From contig CAZHVM010000001.1 of the NCBI GenBank assembly GCA_964536135.1, positions 29,268 through 93,267 on the forward strand: 64,000 bases of DNA, read 5' to 3'. Numbering within the stretch: position 1 is the first letter of the stretch; each line of letters begins with the position of its first letter. The stretch is from an uncultured Candidatus Saccharibacteria bacterium (GTDB lineage: Bacteria; Patescibacteriota; Dojkabacteria; SC72). The notes beneath the pieces are model-generated. The model was not told the DNA's origin. It made no database searches and saw nothing but the letters and a program-made list of their open reading frames with translations. Both the position numbers and the translations under genes were made by a program. This document shows, in pieces, positions 19,490-29,540 of this stretch.

Positions 19490-20161
19490 TTATATCCCTA
19501 TTCGTATTTGTTCTCCATCTATTCCCAATATACCAAGGAAATCCTCTATCCCTGTAATTATGTCTGCACCCTGCTTTATTAAACTATTGCATCCCTTTGA
19601 ACTCTCTCTTGTAATATCTCCAGGGACAACAAAAACATCTCTTCCGTATTCAAGAGCAAGGTTTGCAGTAAGTAAAGATCCACTCTCTAAACCTCCCTCT
19701 ATGACAATTGTAGTGTCTGACATACCTGCCAATATTCTGTTTCTTATTGGGAACATCTCTTTCCTTGTTTGCGTTCCTTTGGGAAACTCCGCTGCCACAA
19801 TGCCTTTTTTACATATTTCATCATATATTCCCCTGTTTTGCTCTGGAAAGCCTTTGTCAATACCGCCTGCGATTACTGCTATTGTGCTAAGCCCTTTCTC
19901 CAAGCACATTCGGTGCACCTGGCTGTCTATACCAATTGCTAAACCACTCACAAAAGCTACATTTAATTCCTTTGGAACAAAGGAAAGCAGATATCTTACA
20001 ACCCATTTCCCGTATGTACTCATTGTTCTTGTTCCTACAATTGTAATAAGTCTTTTTGAGAGTATCTCTTTGTTCCCTTTACAGTACAAGACATTGGGAT
20101 ATCTATATATATTTCGAAGATCACTGGGATACTCTTTGTCGGATGCCTTTATGGTGTACAT
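19490..20161 (-). CDS. dprA: DNA processing protein DprA (Smf), short form
   Basis: Rossmann-like DprA core motifs (IVGTRTMSTYG, GLAIGIDSQVHR, IAVIAGGID); 223 aa, lacks the SAM and winged-helix extensions. Confidence 0.8.
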   Translation of the reverse strand: MYTIKASDKEYPSDLRNIYRYPNVLYCKGNKEILSKRLITIVGTRTMSTYGKWVVRYLLSFVPKELNVAFVSGLAIGIDSQVHRMCLEKGLSTIAVIAGGIDKGFPEQNRGIYDEICKKGIVAAEFPKGTQTRKEMFPIRNRILAGMSDTTIVIEGGLESGSLLTANLALEYGRDVFVVPGDITRESSKGCNSLIKQGADIITGIEDFLGILGIDGEQIRIGI

Positions 20162-20196
20162 AACCGAGATTATGTACCTAGATTGTTAAAAATATA

Positions 20197-22197
20197 TTAA
20201 ATCTTTCCCTCTTTAACCATCCACATAATCATGTTTTGCATAATGGCGACAGCATTGGAGCTATGCCCACCATCTTCAAGAAATACTGAGAAAGAGTACT
20301 TAGGCTTGTCATACGGGAAGAAACCACCTACCCATGCATGAGTATTTTCGTAAATTCCTTTGGAATTTACCTTTCCGAACTCTGCAGTACCCGTTTTAGC
20401 AGCCACGACTACCCCCACATTGGCCAACTGCCCCACAGACCTTTTCGGACCGTTCACAGCGGACCACATCCCCTCCTTAGTGGTATTAAAGGCCTCCTTG
20501 GACACCATGTTTTCCTCTAAAAGGTCAAATGTTAGAGTTTCTGTTTCTCCTTGCTCATCTCTAAAAGACTTTGCAACATGTGGAGTATGTAGTTTTCCCT
20601 CGGTAGCAAGAGCTGCCATCCAGTTGGACATCTGGATTGGTGTTACCAGAGTTATTCCCTGCCCAATTACAGAGTTACATGAGTCTCCCTCTGGATACCA
20701 CACAGACTCAAGCCATGGGCTTGTGGTCTCTGCTAAAAGCTTTTTATTGGCTGGAGAAGGAAGTCTACCCGGAGCTTCTCCTGGTACATCTATTCCCGTG
20801 TATTTTCCTATTCCAAACTTCTCTAAGTAAGGATCTAGCTTGTTAATATCCCAGTTTCTAATTAATTCACAAAAGAAAATGTTTGAAGATTGGGCTATAC
20901 CTCCGACAACATTAAGAGGACCATATGCATGATTTTCGAATTCTTGGAAAGGCGCACCATTGGAGAATTTGTATCCATATCTGCTTACGTAAATTGTGTT
21001 TTTAGTTATGGCACCAGCATCCAGTGCAGCAGGTGCAACTAGACTTTTAAAGGTGGAACCAGGAGGCATCTGAACAGATATAGCTCTATTAATGAGTGGA
21101 AGATTTTTGTCACCAAGAAGTTTGGAGTAATCTTTTGTTGAAATACCACCTACGAAGAGATTGTTGTCATAGCTTGGGTATGTAACCATCGCTATAATTT
21201 CGCCTGTCTCAACATCCTCTATGATACCCGCACCGCCTACAGCATCAGCTTTCTTAACACCACTCCTTAGGAAATCGTAGAATTTCTTCTGTATATCTAT
21301 ATCTATAGTTAGATACAAACTATCCCCCGATACAGCCTCTTTTATAACATATTCTTGGTTTGAGATAGACCTTCCAAGAGCATCAACCTCCATTGCTATT
21401 TCACCATTTTCACCTCTAAGCTGTTCGTCATACCATCTCTCTACACCACTTTTGCCAATTGTATCTGTCAGAGTAAAAGATTCCGAAGAAGACAAATCCT
21501 CATTTGTGATATCGCCAGTATATCCAATAATATGTGAGACTATATCCTTGTATGGATAGTATCTTTGACTATCATTATCTATATATATACCTATCAACAA
21601 CTCACTTTTTGACTTTATATCTATCGCTTTTTCATTACTTACATTCTCTGCAATCAATATGTCTGTAAAATATGGACTCTCCTTGTGAACAAAATAAATC
21701 TTTTCAAGAATACTACTGTATTCTCCACCAGCATAGGTCTTTTTCCATGCATCACCAAGTATACCCCCGAGGGTATTGATTGCGTTCTCTAAGGCCTCTG
21801 CCTTTATTGCCCCTCTCTCATCTAGATAATCTCCCATCTTAATGTACAAGTTCATAGACGGAACATTCTCAGCAAGTTTTTTACCATTCCGATCAAAGAT
21901 TGCACCTCGATAAGCAGTTTCAGTCTTTAACCTTATTTGGTTATCATTAGATTTTTTCAGCATTTCTTCTCCTTTCACTATCTGAAGTGCTGTTAAATTC
22001 CCTAGCAGAACAATGAAAAGTATGAAAAAAAGAAAAAAAACAAATATATAATTCCAAGGGCTACTCTTCTCAACAGTGGCAGGCTTAGAGAAGTATTTCT
22101 TAAGCGAAAAACTAAAAGGCTCTAAGCGCCCATTAGAGATCTTCTTTTTTCTTTTAGGGATACTACCTGCTATTTTCTTGGATAGTTTTAATTCCAT
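20197..22197 (-). CDS. mrdA: penicillin-binding protein 2 (elongasome transpeptidase)
   Basis: N-terminal TM anchor; transpeptidase motifs STFK, SSN, KTGT; downstream of mreBCD. Confidence 0.85.
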   Translation of the reverse strand: MELKLSKKIAGSIPKRKKKISNGRLEPFSFSLKKYFSKPATVEKSSPWNYIFVFFLFFILFIVLLGNLTALQIVKGEEMLKKSNDNQIRLKTETAYRGAIFDRNGKKLAENVPSMNLYIKMGDYLDERGAIKAEALENAINTLGGILGDAWKKTYAGGEYSSILEKIYFVHKESPYFTDILIAENVSNEKAIDIKSKSELLIGIYIDNDSQRYYPYKDIVSHIIGYTGDITNEDLSSSESFTLTDTIGKSGVERWYDEQLRGENGEIAMEVDALGRSISNQEYVIKEAVSGDSLYLTIDIDIQKKFYDFLRSGVKKADAVGGAGIIEDVETGEIIAMVTYPSYDNNLFVGGISTKDYSKLLGDKNLPLINRAISVQMPPGSTFKSLVAPAALDAGAITKNTIYVSRYGYKFSNGAPFQEFENHAYGPLNVVGGIAQSSNIFFCELIRNWDINKLDPYLEKFGIGKYTGIDVPGEAPGRLPSPANKKLLAETTSPWLESVWYPEGDSCNSVIGQGITLVTPIQMSNWMAALATEGKLHTPHVAKSFRDEQGETETLTFDLLEENMVSKEAFNTTKEGMWSAVNGPKRSVGQLANVGVVVAAKTGTAEFGKVNSKGIYENTHAWVGGFFPYDKPKYSFSVFLEDGGHSSNAVAIMQNMIMWMVKEGKI

Positions 22198-22691
22198 TTC
22201 TTACTTATCTTTATATTATTCTCCTTACCCCTAGTAAAACTAAGTAATATGTCCACTACATACAAAGCGACTGTGAGTAGCACAGACTTAACACCAGCTA
22301 CCAGAAGCATATTCCCTGTTAAAATTCCCAAATTACCACTAAGGAAAAGTGAGGGTAAAATCAAAATTAAAACAAAGTAAAATGTAATTGCGACAAATTT
22401 GATACCATACCCAATAGCTCCTTCGCTTATATTGAATATAAAAGAGCTTGCAAGCAAAAATAGCAATGGAATACCAACTAGAAGAATATCTATCCCAAGT
22501 GGATAGTGAAATACCACATCAGAAATTAGGGAATATATTACTAGGATTACTGTCAACCATTTAATATCTAACCTTCCCAAAAGCAAGAGAATTAATACAA
22601 AGAAAATTCTAATTCCTAAAGCACTATAAAGGAAACCCTCAGCAAAAAGAGCTCCAATTACCCCTATTGTTATATACAAAATTTTTAACAT
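22188..22691 (-). CDS. mreD: rod shape-determining protein MreD
   Basis: 167-aa polytopic membrane protein between mreC and PBP2; assignment mainly by synteny. Confidence 0.6.
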   Translation of the reverse strand: MLKILYITIGVIGALFAEGFLYSALGIRIFFVLILLLLGRLDIKWLTVILVIYSLISDVVFHYPLGIDILLVGIPLLFLLASSFIFNISEGAIGYGIKFVAITFYFVLILILPSLFLSGNLGILTGNMLLVAGVKSVLLTVALYVVDILLSFTRGKENNIKISKKWN

Positions 22692-22702
22692 TCTTCTTTT
22701 CC

Positions 22703-23530
22703 TTAATTTATTCTTACAAAAACCTTACTTAAAGAGTCATAATCCACTATTGTAGACACAAAGCATGTTCTCGAAATACTTGCAGGATTACTTGAAAGGC
22801 CAACTACATAACCCAAGACTAACATATCTCCTACTGAAGAGTCATTTACAAAGATTATGTCTCCATCACTTATATCTGAATTCATCGTTATATTCTCAAC
22901 CTTTATACCCTCTACTGAGCCATTCATAACACCACGGCTTACTACTTTATTTTTAAGATATCCATCTAGTTCCTTTTCTCCATCATATTTAAGAATACTT
23001 ACACCAAGATATGAATCGTTGCTTGTTGGAAGCTTAATACGAGAGCCAAGCTCATCTGCATACTCCACTATACCTACAAAAAAATTACCAATTACTGCTA
23101 CATCTCCTATTTGAATCCCTGATTTTGTTCCTTCGTCTATTCTTAAGTAATCAATACCGTCATTTTTCAAAACATTTCCCATTACATACTCTCTCTCCTT
23201 GTTTTTTAGACCTAATTGTTTTTTCAATAGCTCGTTTTCTGCCAAAATCTCTAAGTAAGAGGCATCCCCTATCTCGTTTTCTACTATTTGTATCTTTAAT
23301 CTTTCGTTTTCCTCTACTATATTTTTTAAACTGACAAAGTTTTTAAAATAAGAAGATATTCCTTTTCCCAAATTCTCACCTGTCATAAAAATTGGTTCCA
23401 TACTGTAAGAGATTGGATATCTAATGAAATTGGTAACATTTGCCTTATCTAAAATAAGTAGAATTCCACCAAATAATATTACAATTATGGAAAAAATTAG
23501 CTCTTTTTTAAAACTACCCTGAGCATTCAT
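22703..23530 (-). CDS. mreC: rod shape-determining protein MreC
   Basis: N-terminal TM, coiled-coil segment, beta-rich C-terminal domain, located between mreB and mreD. Confidence 0.7.
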   Translation of the reverse strand: MNAQGSFKKELIFSIIVILFGGILLILDKANVTNFIRYPISYSMEPIFMTGENLGKGISSYFKNFVSLKNIVEENERLKIQIVENEIGDASYLEILAENELLKKQLGLKNKEREYVMGNVLKNDGIDYLRIDEGTKSGIQIGDVAVIGNFFVGIVEYADELGSRIKLPTSNDSYLGVSILKYDGEKELDGYLKNKVVSRGVMNGSVEGIKVENITMNSDISDGDIIFVNDSSVGDMLVLGYVVGLSSNPASISRTCFVSTIVDYDSLSKVFVRIN

Positions 23531-23546
23531 TTCTTAAGAGATAATG

Positions 23547-24602
23547 TTAAACAAGCTCTTCCCAAGATTTTTGTATTCTCTCCAACAATTCTATATGGTC
23601 AAGCATTAAAGCTGTTCCTCTAGCTACAGCAGAAAGTGGATCATCTACAATTTTAACTGGAAGATTCAATTCCTGGGAGAAGTATGTATCAATTCCTTTT
23701 ATTAAAGCACCACCACCTGCAAGACGAAGCCCTGATGCAAGTAAATCTTTAAGAAGTTCTGGTGGAGTATCTTCGATTGCGTCTTTTACTCCATCACATA
23801 TCTGGGATATGGAAGACATAATTGCTTCTCTAACCTCAATACTACTTAGTTCTACTGTTCTTGGTAATCCAGTTAGAAGGTCTCTGCCCTGGACACTCAT
23901 CTTTGTTTCTTTTCTTTGGGGTACTGCACTTCCTATGGAGATTTTTACATCCTCAGCACTTCGCTCCCCTATTAATACATTGTATTTCTCTCGAACATAG
24001 TTAATAACGTCCTGGTCCATTTCATCACCTGCAATTCTCATTGTATTATCTACAACAATATCTCCGAGAGAAAAGACTGCAATGTCTGAGGTGCCTCCAC
24101 CGATATCTACAATCATGCTTCCTGAGGCATCTTCTACTGGAAGTCCAGCCCCAATAGCTGCTGCCATAGCCTCTTCGACAATGAATACCTCTCTTGCTCC
24201 CGCCGTTTTTGCAGCATCAAGTACCGCCTGTCTTTCGACTTCGGTTACAGAGGTAGGGACACCAATAATGACTCTTGGTCTTGGAAGTTTAAAGCTTTTA
24301 CCAAAATATCCATGTGCTCTGTGTATGAAATGATGAATCATAGCTTGGGTAGTATCAAAATCAGAAATTACTCCATCTCGTAAAGGTCGCACAGCAGAGA
24401 TATTCGCTGGAGTTCTACCAATCATCTGTCTTGCATCTTTTCCTACAGCAAGGACCATTTTAGTCCTTTTATCTATAGCTACAACGGAAGGCTCGGATAC
24501 AACAATGCCATGGTTTCTCATATATACCATCGTATTTGCCGTTCCTAAATCTATACCTAAATCATAGGTAAAAAATTCTAGTATGGAATTTATCAATTTC
24601 AT
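23547..24602 (-). CDS. mreB: rod shape-determining protein MreB
   Basis: Actin-fold ATPase motifs (GIDLGTANT, EPSVVAID, DIGGGTSD, LAGGGALI); heads the mreBCD-mrdA operon. Confidence 0.9.
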   Translation of the reverse strand: MKLINSILEFFTYDLGIDLGTANTMVYMRNHGIVVSEPSVVAIDKRTKMVLAVGKDARQMIGRTPANISAVRPLRDGVISDFDTTQAMIHHFIHRAHGYFGKSFKLPRPRVIIGVPTSVTEVERQAVLDAAKTAGAREVFIVEEAMAAAIGAGLPVEDASGSMIVDIGGGTSDIAVFSLGDIVVDNTMRIAGDEMDQDVINYVREKYNVLIGERSAEDVKISIGSAVPQRKETKMSVQGRDLLTGLPRTVELSSIEVREAIMSSISQICDGVKDAIEDTPPELLKDLLASGLRLAGGGALIKGIDTYFSQELNLPVKIVDDPLSAVARGTALMLDHIELLERIQKSWEELV

Positions 24603-24659
24603 AGCACAATTCTATCACTTAAAAGGATACAAAACGAGTATTGGGAACAAAAAGGGAGC

Positions 24660-24878
24660 TTACTTTTCTAAAGAATCTTTTCTAAGCTTTTTGTAACACT
24701 TCATACAAACAGAAGCTTTTACTACTGCGCCATCGATCTCTATATCTACTTTTCTTAGATTAGGTTCGAATATTCTTTTTGACTTTGGTGCTTTGTATCT
24801 CCAGCCCACAGAATGTTTGTGTTGGATACGATTACCAGCCATTGTTGTTTTTCCGCAAATGTTGCAAATCTTTGACAT
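24660..24878 (-). CDS. rpmB: 50S ribosomal protein bL28
   Basis: MSKICNICGKTTMAGNRIQHKHS...RKFEPNL matches the bL28 zinc-ribbon N-terminus. The ORF-track start at 24944 adds 22 non-conserved residues, so the internal ATG at about 24878 is the likely start. Confidence 0.8.
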   Translation of the reverse strand: MSKICNICGKTTMAGNRIQHKHSVGWRYKAPKSKRIFEPNLRKVDIEIDGAVVKASVCMKCYKKLRKDSLEK

Positions 24879-24942
24879 AACGGTGGTATTATATTCTAAT
24901 CTTTGGCATATTGTCAAAGATTTAGAACTGATATAATAAGAC

Positions 24943-25563
24943 ATGATAACAACAGAAACATTGTATTGGCTTTTATTCGCTATTCCCTCGATATTAATAG
25001 CTTCTACTGTACATGAATACGCACACGGATTGGCTGCTTACAAGCTTGGAGATCCCACAGCCAAAGCGTACGGAAGACTTACACTTAACCCTCTTAAACA
25101 CATTGATCCCATAGGAGCACTCTCCATGGTTCTTTTTAGATTTGGATGGAGTAAGCCCGTACCAATAAATGAATATAATTTCGAGAAAAGAGAGCTTGGA
25201 ACTGCAATAGTTTCTTTTGCTGGACCTCTTTCAAATCTCATACTAGCAGCAATTTTTGGCTCTATTAATCTAATTTTCCACCCAGATCTTGGGAGTATTT
25301 TCGGGATATTTCTTTTTACATTTACACTAATAAACATATCCTTAGCTATTTTTAATCTAATCCCTATCCCACCATTGGATGGACATAAGATTGTAAGAGC
25401 ATTTCTTCCAAAGAAAATAAGATACTACTGGGAAAAGATGGAAAAGTTCTCATTTCTGTTCATTTTGCTCCTAATTATCCCTTTCTCCCCTATAGGCAAA
25501 TTTGTTCTAGGAGGGATTTCTAGTATCCTAGCGCGATTATTAGCCCTTTTTGGGTTCCTCTAG
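24943..25563 (+). CDS. small site-2-protease-family (M50) membrane metalloprotease
   Basis: HEYAHGLAAY (HExxH in a TM helix) plus NLIPIPPLDGHK (S2P LDG motif); 206 aa with about 5 TM helices and no PDZ. Confidence 0.65.
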   Translation: MITTETLYWLLFAIPSILIASTVHEYAHGLAAYKLGDPTAKAYGRLTLNPLKHIDPIGALSMVLFRFGWSKPVPINEYNFEKRELGTAIVSFAGPLSNLILAAIFGSINLIFHPDLGSIFGIFLFTFTLINISLAIFNLIPIPPLDGHKIVRAFLPKKIRYYWEKMEKFSFLFILLLIIPFSPIGKFVLGGISSILARLLALFGFL

Positions 25564-25813
25564 TGACCCCATTACAGGCCTTTTTTTATTTGTTCCCAAT
25601 ATGAAAATATCGTAAAATATATATGCCCTAGTAGGAATAAAAGGATTCATAGCTCTATATTCAAGAGCTCGGGATTCCAACTATCGCTTAGCTCCGTGGA
25701 GTTAAGTTGAGGAAACCCAACTGTATTACTGAGCTCTATGACTCCATCTTACTGGGGCGTTTTTCCCTTGTATATTGACTATAATTCCCATATATATTAA
25801 ACTTCTCTCAGTT

Positions 25814-25890
25814 GCCGAAGTAGCTCAGTTGGTCAGAGCAACTGTTTTGTAAACAGTAGGTCGAGAGTTCGAATCTCTCCTTCGGCTCCA
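25814..25890 (+). tRNA. tRNA-Thr (anticodon TGT)
   Basis: Cloverleaf: acceptor gccgaag/cttcggc, D arm tagctcagttggtcagagc, anticodon stem actgt/acagt with loop ttTGTaa, T arm tcgag-ttcgaatc-tctcc, CCA encoded. Confidence 0.85.
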
Positions 25891-25895
25891 GGTAT

Positions 25896-25978
25896 GCAGA
25901 GGTGGCGGAGCGGTCAAACGCATTGGACTGTAAATCCAACTCCTTCGGGATACACAGGTTCAAATCCTGTCCTCTGCA
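25896..25978 (+). tRNA. tRNA-Tyr (anticodon GTA), type II long variable arm
   Basis: Acceptor gcagagg/cctctgc, anticodon stem ttgga/tccaa with loop ctGTAaa, 14-nt variable arm, T loop ttcaaat; 5 nt downstream of tRNA-Thr. Confidence 0.85.
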
Positions 25979-26055
25979 TATACCTAAATCTCCTTCTTGC
26001 TTTAATGCAAATAATGTTTAAAATGTATGTATATATAAATTAGATATATTTTTAC

Positions 26056-26769
26056 ATGTCTACACTATTACCTGTCATTTTTGCGATTCTTTCAATTCTA
26101 GGTAGCTTGTTAGTTGTAGGAGGTGTTGTTTACGCGATAATATTTTTTACCAAGAAGAAAAAAGATGAAAAATTCTCTCTTTCTGTAGACTTACTCCTAA
26201 AAATTTATCTTTATGTTATATCCATAGCAACACTCGCTATCGCTGTTATAGGAGGGACAATGCTTTTAAGAGCAGGCTCTTCCTACGCTTTTGGAATACC
26301 CTTTGCCTATGAGACATACAAACCAAACGAACTAATGGATATTGAGGTTAAAGAACCAAACGCCAATACTCCAGAATGTTACGAGGGAGAGAAAACACAG
26401 ATTAATGGACAGACTGTTTGTTTTGATAACGAGAAAGTTAAGCAAGAATTAATAAATGGAGGAACTATTTTCTTCTCAATGGTAATTCTTTTCACCATAC
26501 ATATGATTGGGATTAAGATGATAGAAAAGAAGAATGTTACAGAGTGGTTAAAAAAAACTTATACCTTTTTATCTTTAATTTTGTATAGCTTGGTAGGTAT
26601 AGTAACAATACCTATAGCAATATATCAACTATCTACTCACCTACTCTACAGAACCGAAGATATTACTAAATACGAGGCTCCAGCAACTGCCATTGCAATA
26701 CTGATACTTGTATTACCACTTTGGATCTATTATTTATTAAAAACAACTAAGCTACGAAATAAGAATTAG
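26056..26769 (+). CDS. hypothetical polytopic membrane protein
   Basis: 237 aa with about 5 hydrophobic helices, long uninterrupted ORF, AT-rich native codon usage; no recognisable motif. Confidence 0.5.
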   Translation: MSTLLPVIFAILSILGSLLVVGGVVYAIIFFTKKKKDEKFSLSVDLLLKIYLYVISIATLAIAVIGGTMLLRAGSSYAFGIPFAYETYKPNELMDIEVKEPNANTPECYEGEKTQINGQTVCFDNEKVKQELINGGTIFFSMVILFTIHMIGIKMIEKKNVTEWLKKTYTFLSLILYSLVGIVTIPIAIYQLSTHLLYRTEDITKYEAPATAIAILILVLPLWIYYLLKTTKLRNKN

Positions 26770-26790
26770 ATATTGTATAATTGCCCTGTT

Positions 26791-26867
26791 GCTGGATTAG
26801 CTCAGTTGGTTAGAGCACATTCATGGTAAGAATGAGGTCCTGAGTTCGACTCTCAGATCCAGCTCCA
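26791..26867 (+). tRNA. tRNA-Thr (anticodon GGT)
   Basis: Acceptor gctggat/atccagc, anticodon stem cattc/gaatg with loop atGGTaa, T arm ctgag-ttcgact-ctcag, CCA encoded. Confidence 0.85.
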
Positions 26868-28109
26868 TTATCTCTTCTCCCTGATTAAATCTCTGTAGAA
26901 ATACCCGCTCTTTTTAATTTTTCTCTTTTTCGTTACTGGATCTACCTCAACTAATCCAAATTTGGGCCAAAAACCACTATCCCATTCGAAGTTATCTAAC
27001 AAAGACCAATATGTATATCCCCTTATATCAACACCCTCACTCAACAACCTTTGTAGACAATCAACTGTTTCCTTTATCCACCATTGCCTATATTTGTCTT
27101 TCTCGTCTGCCAATCCATTCTCAGTGATTATTATCGGAATTTTGTATCTTCCGTATATCTCCAAAAGCAAATCATATATAGAAGACGGCTTCATATACCA
27201 ATTCATATCAGAAAACAATCCTTCTTTATGCTTCATAAAAAGCAACTTAGGCTCTAAGTGCATATAATAATTAATACCCAGGAAATCTACGTACTCCCTT
27301 ACCTTATCTAAATAGGAATAAATCATATATCTCTTAAACAACTTGATGAAAGGTTTGAATAAGAAAACATCGCTTTTTAGATAGAAACAATTCTTTGCAA
27401 TGGAGATCTGGTACTCTGGATTCTTTGCTTTTAGTAATTCGTACGCTTTTTTATGTATCTCTACAAAGGTGTGCAGGAAAAGTTTGTTAAATTTAAAAAA
27501 ACTATATTTCTGAGGGGGCCATTTGCCAATTAAATGTGATGCCGCAAATGATTCTGGTTCATTTACTGTAATCCAGTATTTAACATACTTCCCAAGTTTA
27601 TCAGAAACATAATCTACATATTTAAGATATCTCTCAACAAATACCTTGGAAAGCACCCCACCCTTCTTCTCCAACCATACAGGTATAGTCCAATGCCAAA
27701 GTGTTAACATAGGTTCAATACCGTTTTTCTTTAATTCTTCTAGGATATTAATATAGTATGAAATTCCTTCTTCACTGAAGTTATCCTCAGAGGGTTCCAT
27801 CCTTGACCATTCCACTGAGAATCTGTATATGTTTAACCCCATCTCCTTTAAAGATGCTATATCCCCTCTCCAATGGTTGAAACTATCGCAGGAAAGATAT
27901 GAGTTTGATTCAAAATTCTCTTTTGTAAGACCTTTTCTTTTACTTTTTTTTAATAAATGTTCCGACTTCTTCTCCTCCCATTCTGTCCAGTTATTCTCTA
28001 AACCGCCCTCTATCTGATGACTTGCAGTAGCAGCTCCCCACAGAAAATCTTTCGGAAAAGTTTTTGAATTATTCATATACAAGAAGTATACAATATATTT
28101 CTCTACCAA
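26868..28109 (-). CDS. glycoside hydrolase family 1 beta-glucosidase
   Basis: GH1 catalytic motifs: acid/base WITVNEP and nucleophile ITENG, N-terminal FPKDFLWGAATASHQIEG. True start is probably the ATG giving MNNSKTFPKDFLWG (about 28076); the track start is a TTG. Confidence 0.85.
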   Translation of the reverse strand: MVEKYIVYFLYMNNSKTFPKDFLWGAATASHQIEGGLENNWTEWEEKKSEHLLKKSKRKGLTKENFESNSYLSCDSFNHWRGDIASLKEMGLNIYRFSVEWSRMEPSEDNFSEEGISYYINILEELKKNGIEPMLTLWHWTIPVWLEKKGGVLSKVFVERYLKYVDYVSDKLGKYVKYWITVNEPESFAASHLIGKWPPQKYSFFKFNKLFLHTFVEIHKKAYELLKAKNPEYQISIAKNCFYLKSDVFLFKPFIKLFKRYMIYSYLDKVREYVDFLGINYYMHLEPKLLFMKHKEGLFSDMNWYMKPSSIYDLLLEIYGRYKIPIIITENGLADEKDKYRQWWIKETVDCLQRLLSEGVDIRGYTYWSLLDNFEWDSGFWPKFGLVEVDPVTKKRKIKKSGYFYRDLIREKR

Positions 28110-28161
28110 GGGGTATATATGTTAAACATTTCATACACCCCTTGGTGCTACAGAGAAAAGG

Positions 28162-28371
28162 TCAATCATTTCCTATTCCAGTAAACAACTCTCTCCAGAA
28201 AGACTCCCTACGCATTTTTCTTACTTCTCTTTCTGCCCATCCTTCTTCTTTTTTTCTCTTTTGGCTTTCAAAAAAATCAATAACAGAACATACTGCCAAA
28301 GCTATTGAGAAAAGGATTACAAAACAAAACGCTAAAACTAGATCTATGAAAGAATTCCATGCCTTTCCCAT
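28162..28371 (-). CDS. possible small membrane protein (69 aa)
   Basis: One hydrophobic helix followed by a Lys/Glu/Arg-rich tail; no RBS or homology evidence. Confidence 0.25.
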   Translation of the reverse strand: MGKAWNSFIDLVLAFCFVILFSIALAVCSVIDFFESQKRKKEEGWAEREVRKMRRESFWRELFTGIGND

Positions 28372-28431
28372 TTCCCTCTCCCTTCTATTTTCTCTGTATA
28401 AAAAGAGCTAGATTTCATTATATCAAACTAT

Positions 28432-28460
28432 TTGACCTTACCCATAATTTCCCATATAAT
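28432..28460 (+). promoter_or_regulatory. sigma70-type promoter (TTGACC-17 nt-TATAAT) upstream of rpmG/secE/nusG
   Basis: tttgacc ttacccataatttccca tataat, about 50 nt upstream of the rpmG start codon. Confidence 0.65.
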
Positions 28461-28510
28461 ACGCAGTATATTTCCCAATATAGCATTTTTAATTTTGATT
28501 TCCGAGGGAT

Positions 28511-28675
28511 ATGGCAAAAGTAAAAAGAGATATCATAGCTTTGAAATGTACAGTCTGTAACGAAAAAAACTATACAGATTACAAAACTAAGAATATTAAG
28601 GAAAAAATTGAATTAAAAAAGTATTGCTCTAAGTGCCAAAAGCACACAAGCCATAAAGAAACTAAGGTTAAATAA
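28511..28675 (+). CDS. rpmG: 50S ribosomal protein bL33
   Basis: Manual translation MAKVKRDIIALKCTVCNEKNYTDYKTKNIKEKIELKKYCSKCQKHTSHKETKVK has the bL33 zinc-ribbon CxxC...CxxC pattern and KNxxE.LELKKYCPKC-like core. GAGGG RBS 4 nt upstream. Below the ORF-track size cutoff. Confidence 0.85.
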   Translation: MAKVKRDIIALKCTVCNEKNYTDYKTKNIKEKIELKKYCSKCQKHTSHKETKVK

Positions 28676-28694
28676 TAGCTCTTTTAACTAACTA

Positions 28695-28771
28695 GGGCCC
28701 ATAGTTTCAATTGGTTAAAACCGCGGTCTCCAAAACCGCTATTCCCTGTTCGAATCAGGGTGGGCCTGCCA
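28695..28771 (+). tRNA. tRNA-Trp (anticodon CCA)
   Basis: Acceptor gggccca/tgggcct, anticodon stem gcggt/accgc with loop ctCCAaa, T arm ccctg-ttcgaat-caggg, CCA encoded. Classic position before secE. Confidence 0.85.
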
Positions 28772-28784
28772 AAGTATAAACAAA

Positions 28785-28958
28785 ATGAAAATATTAAAGA
28801 ATATATTAACAGAACTAAAGAAAAGTAAGTGGCCAAAAGGCAAAGAATTGCTGGTTCTTTCAATATATGCTCTAGTATTATGTGGTATAATCACCGCTAT
28901 TATATTAGGCCTAGATCTTGTGTTCTACAAGGCTAGAGAGTGGTTCCTTAATCTTTAA
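28785..28958 (+). CDS. secE: preprotein translocase subunit SecE (57 aa)
   Basis: Manual translation MKILKNILTELKKSKWPKGKELLVLSIYALVLCGIITAIILGLDLVFYKAREWFLNL has the SecE KxxWP..KE motif plus a single TM helix. Located immediately upstream of nusG as in nearly all bacteria. Confidence 0.8.
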   Translation: MKILKNILTELKKSKWPKGKELLVLSIYALVLCGIITAIILGLDLVFYKAREWFLNL

Positions 28959-28968
28959 TTAAGAAAAA

Positions 28969-29526
28969 ATGGCTAAAGAAGAAGTTAAAACAAAAGAGAA
29001 TCCAAATGCAAAGTGGTATGTCCTAAATATTAGGACTGGATACGAGAATAGTATTCAAAAAGAACTCAAACAGAGGATTGAAGCTACAGGTATGGAAGAC
29101 AAGATTGTAGATATCCTAATCCCTGTACAGAAGAAAATCTTTGTTAAAAAAGGTAAACAGGATGTAAAAGAGGAGAAGATATTCCCTGGATATGTCCTCA
29201 TAAAGATGGAACTAGACAACAGAACATGGGATTTGGTTAAGAATACAGAGGGTGTAAGAGGTTTCGTTAAGACAGATAGATACCCAAGACCCCTACCAGA
29301 TTCAGAGGTAAGAGCAATTACAAAGTTCATGGAAGTAGAACAGCCTTCATTCCAGAATTCATTCAGCGTTGGAGAAGCAGTAAAGATTGTTGATGGTGCA
29401 TTCGCAGATTTCATTGGAAGTGTTCAGGACGTAGATACTGAAAAGGGTAAGATAAAAGTCCTCATATCTTTCCTTGGAAGAGAAGCTCCTGTTGAATTAG
29501 ACCTAACACAAGTAAGTAAACTTTAG
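28969..29526 (+). CDS. nusG: transcription termination/antitermination factor NusG
   Basis: NGN domain (KWYVLNIRTGYENSIQKEL) and C-terminal KOW motif (GEAVKIVDGAFADFIGSV). Confidence 0.9.
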   Translation: MAKEEVKTKENPNAKWYVLNIRTGYENSIQKELKQRIEATGMEDKIVDILIPVQKKIFVKKGKQDVKEEKIFPGYVLIKMELDNRTWDLVKNTEGVRGFVKTDRYPRPLPDSEVRAITKFMEVEQPSFQNSFSVGEAVKIVDGAFADFIGSVQDVDTEKGKIKVLISFLGREAPVELDLTQVSKL

Positions 29527-29540
29527 TTAAATATATACAT

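Noticed and set aside
19479-20189. 236-aa plus-strand ORF overlapping dprA
   Set aside because: The minus-strand frame carries the conserved DprA motifs; the plus-strand ORF has no motifs and is a low-complexity antisense reading.
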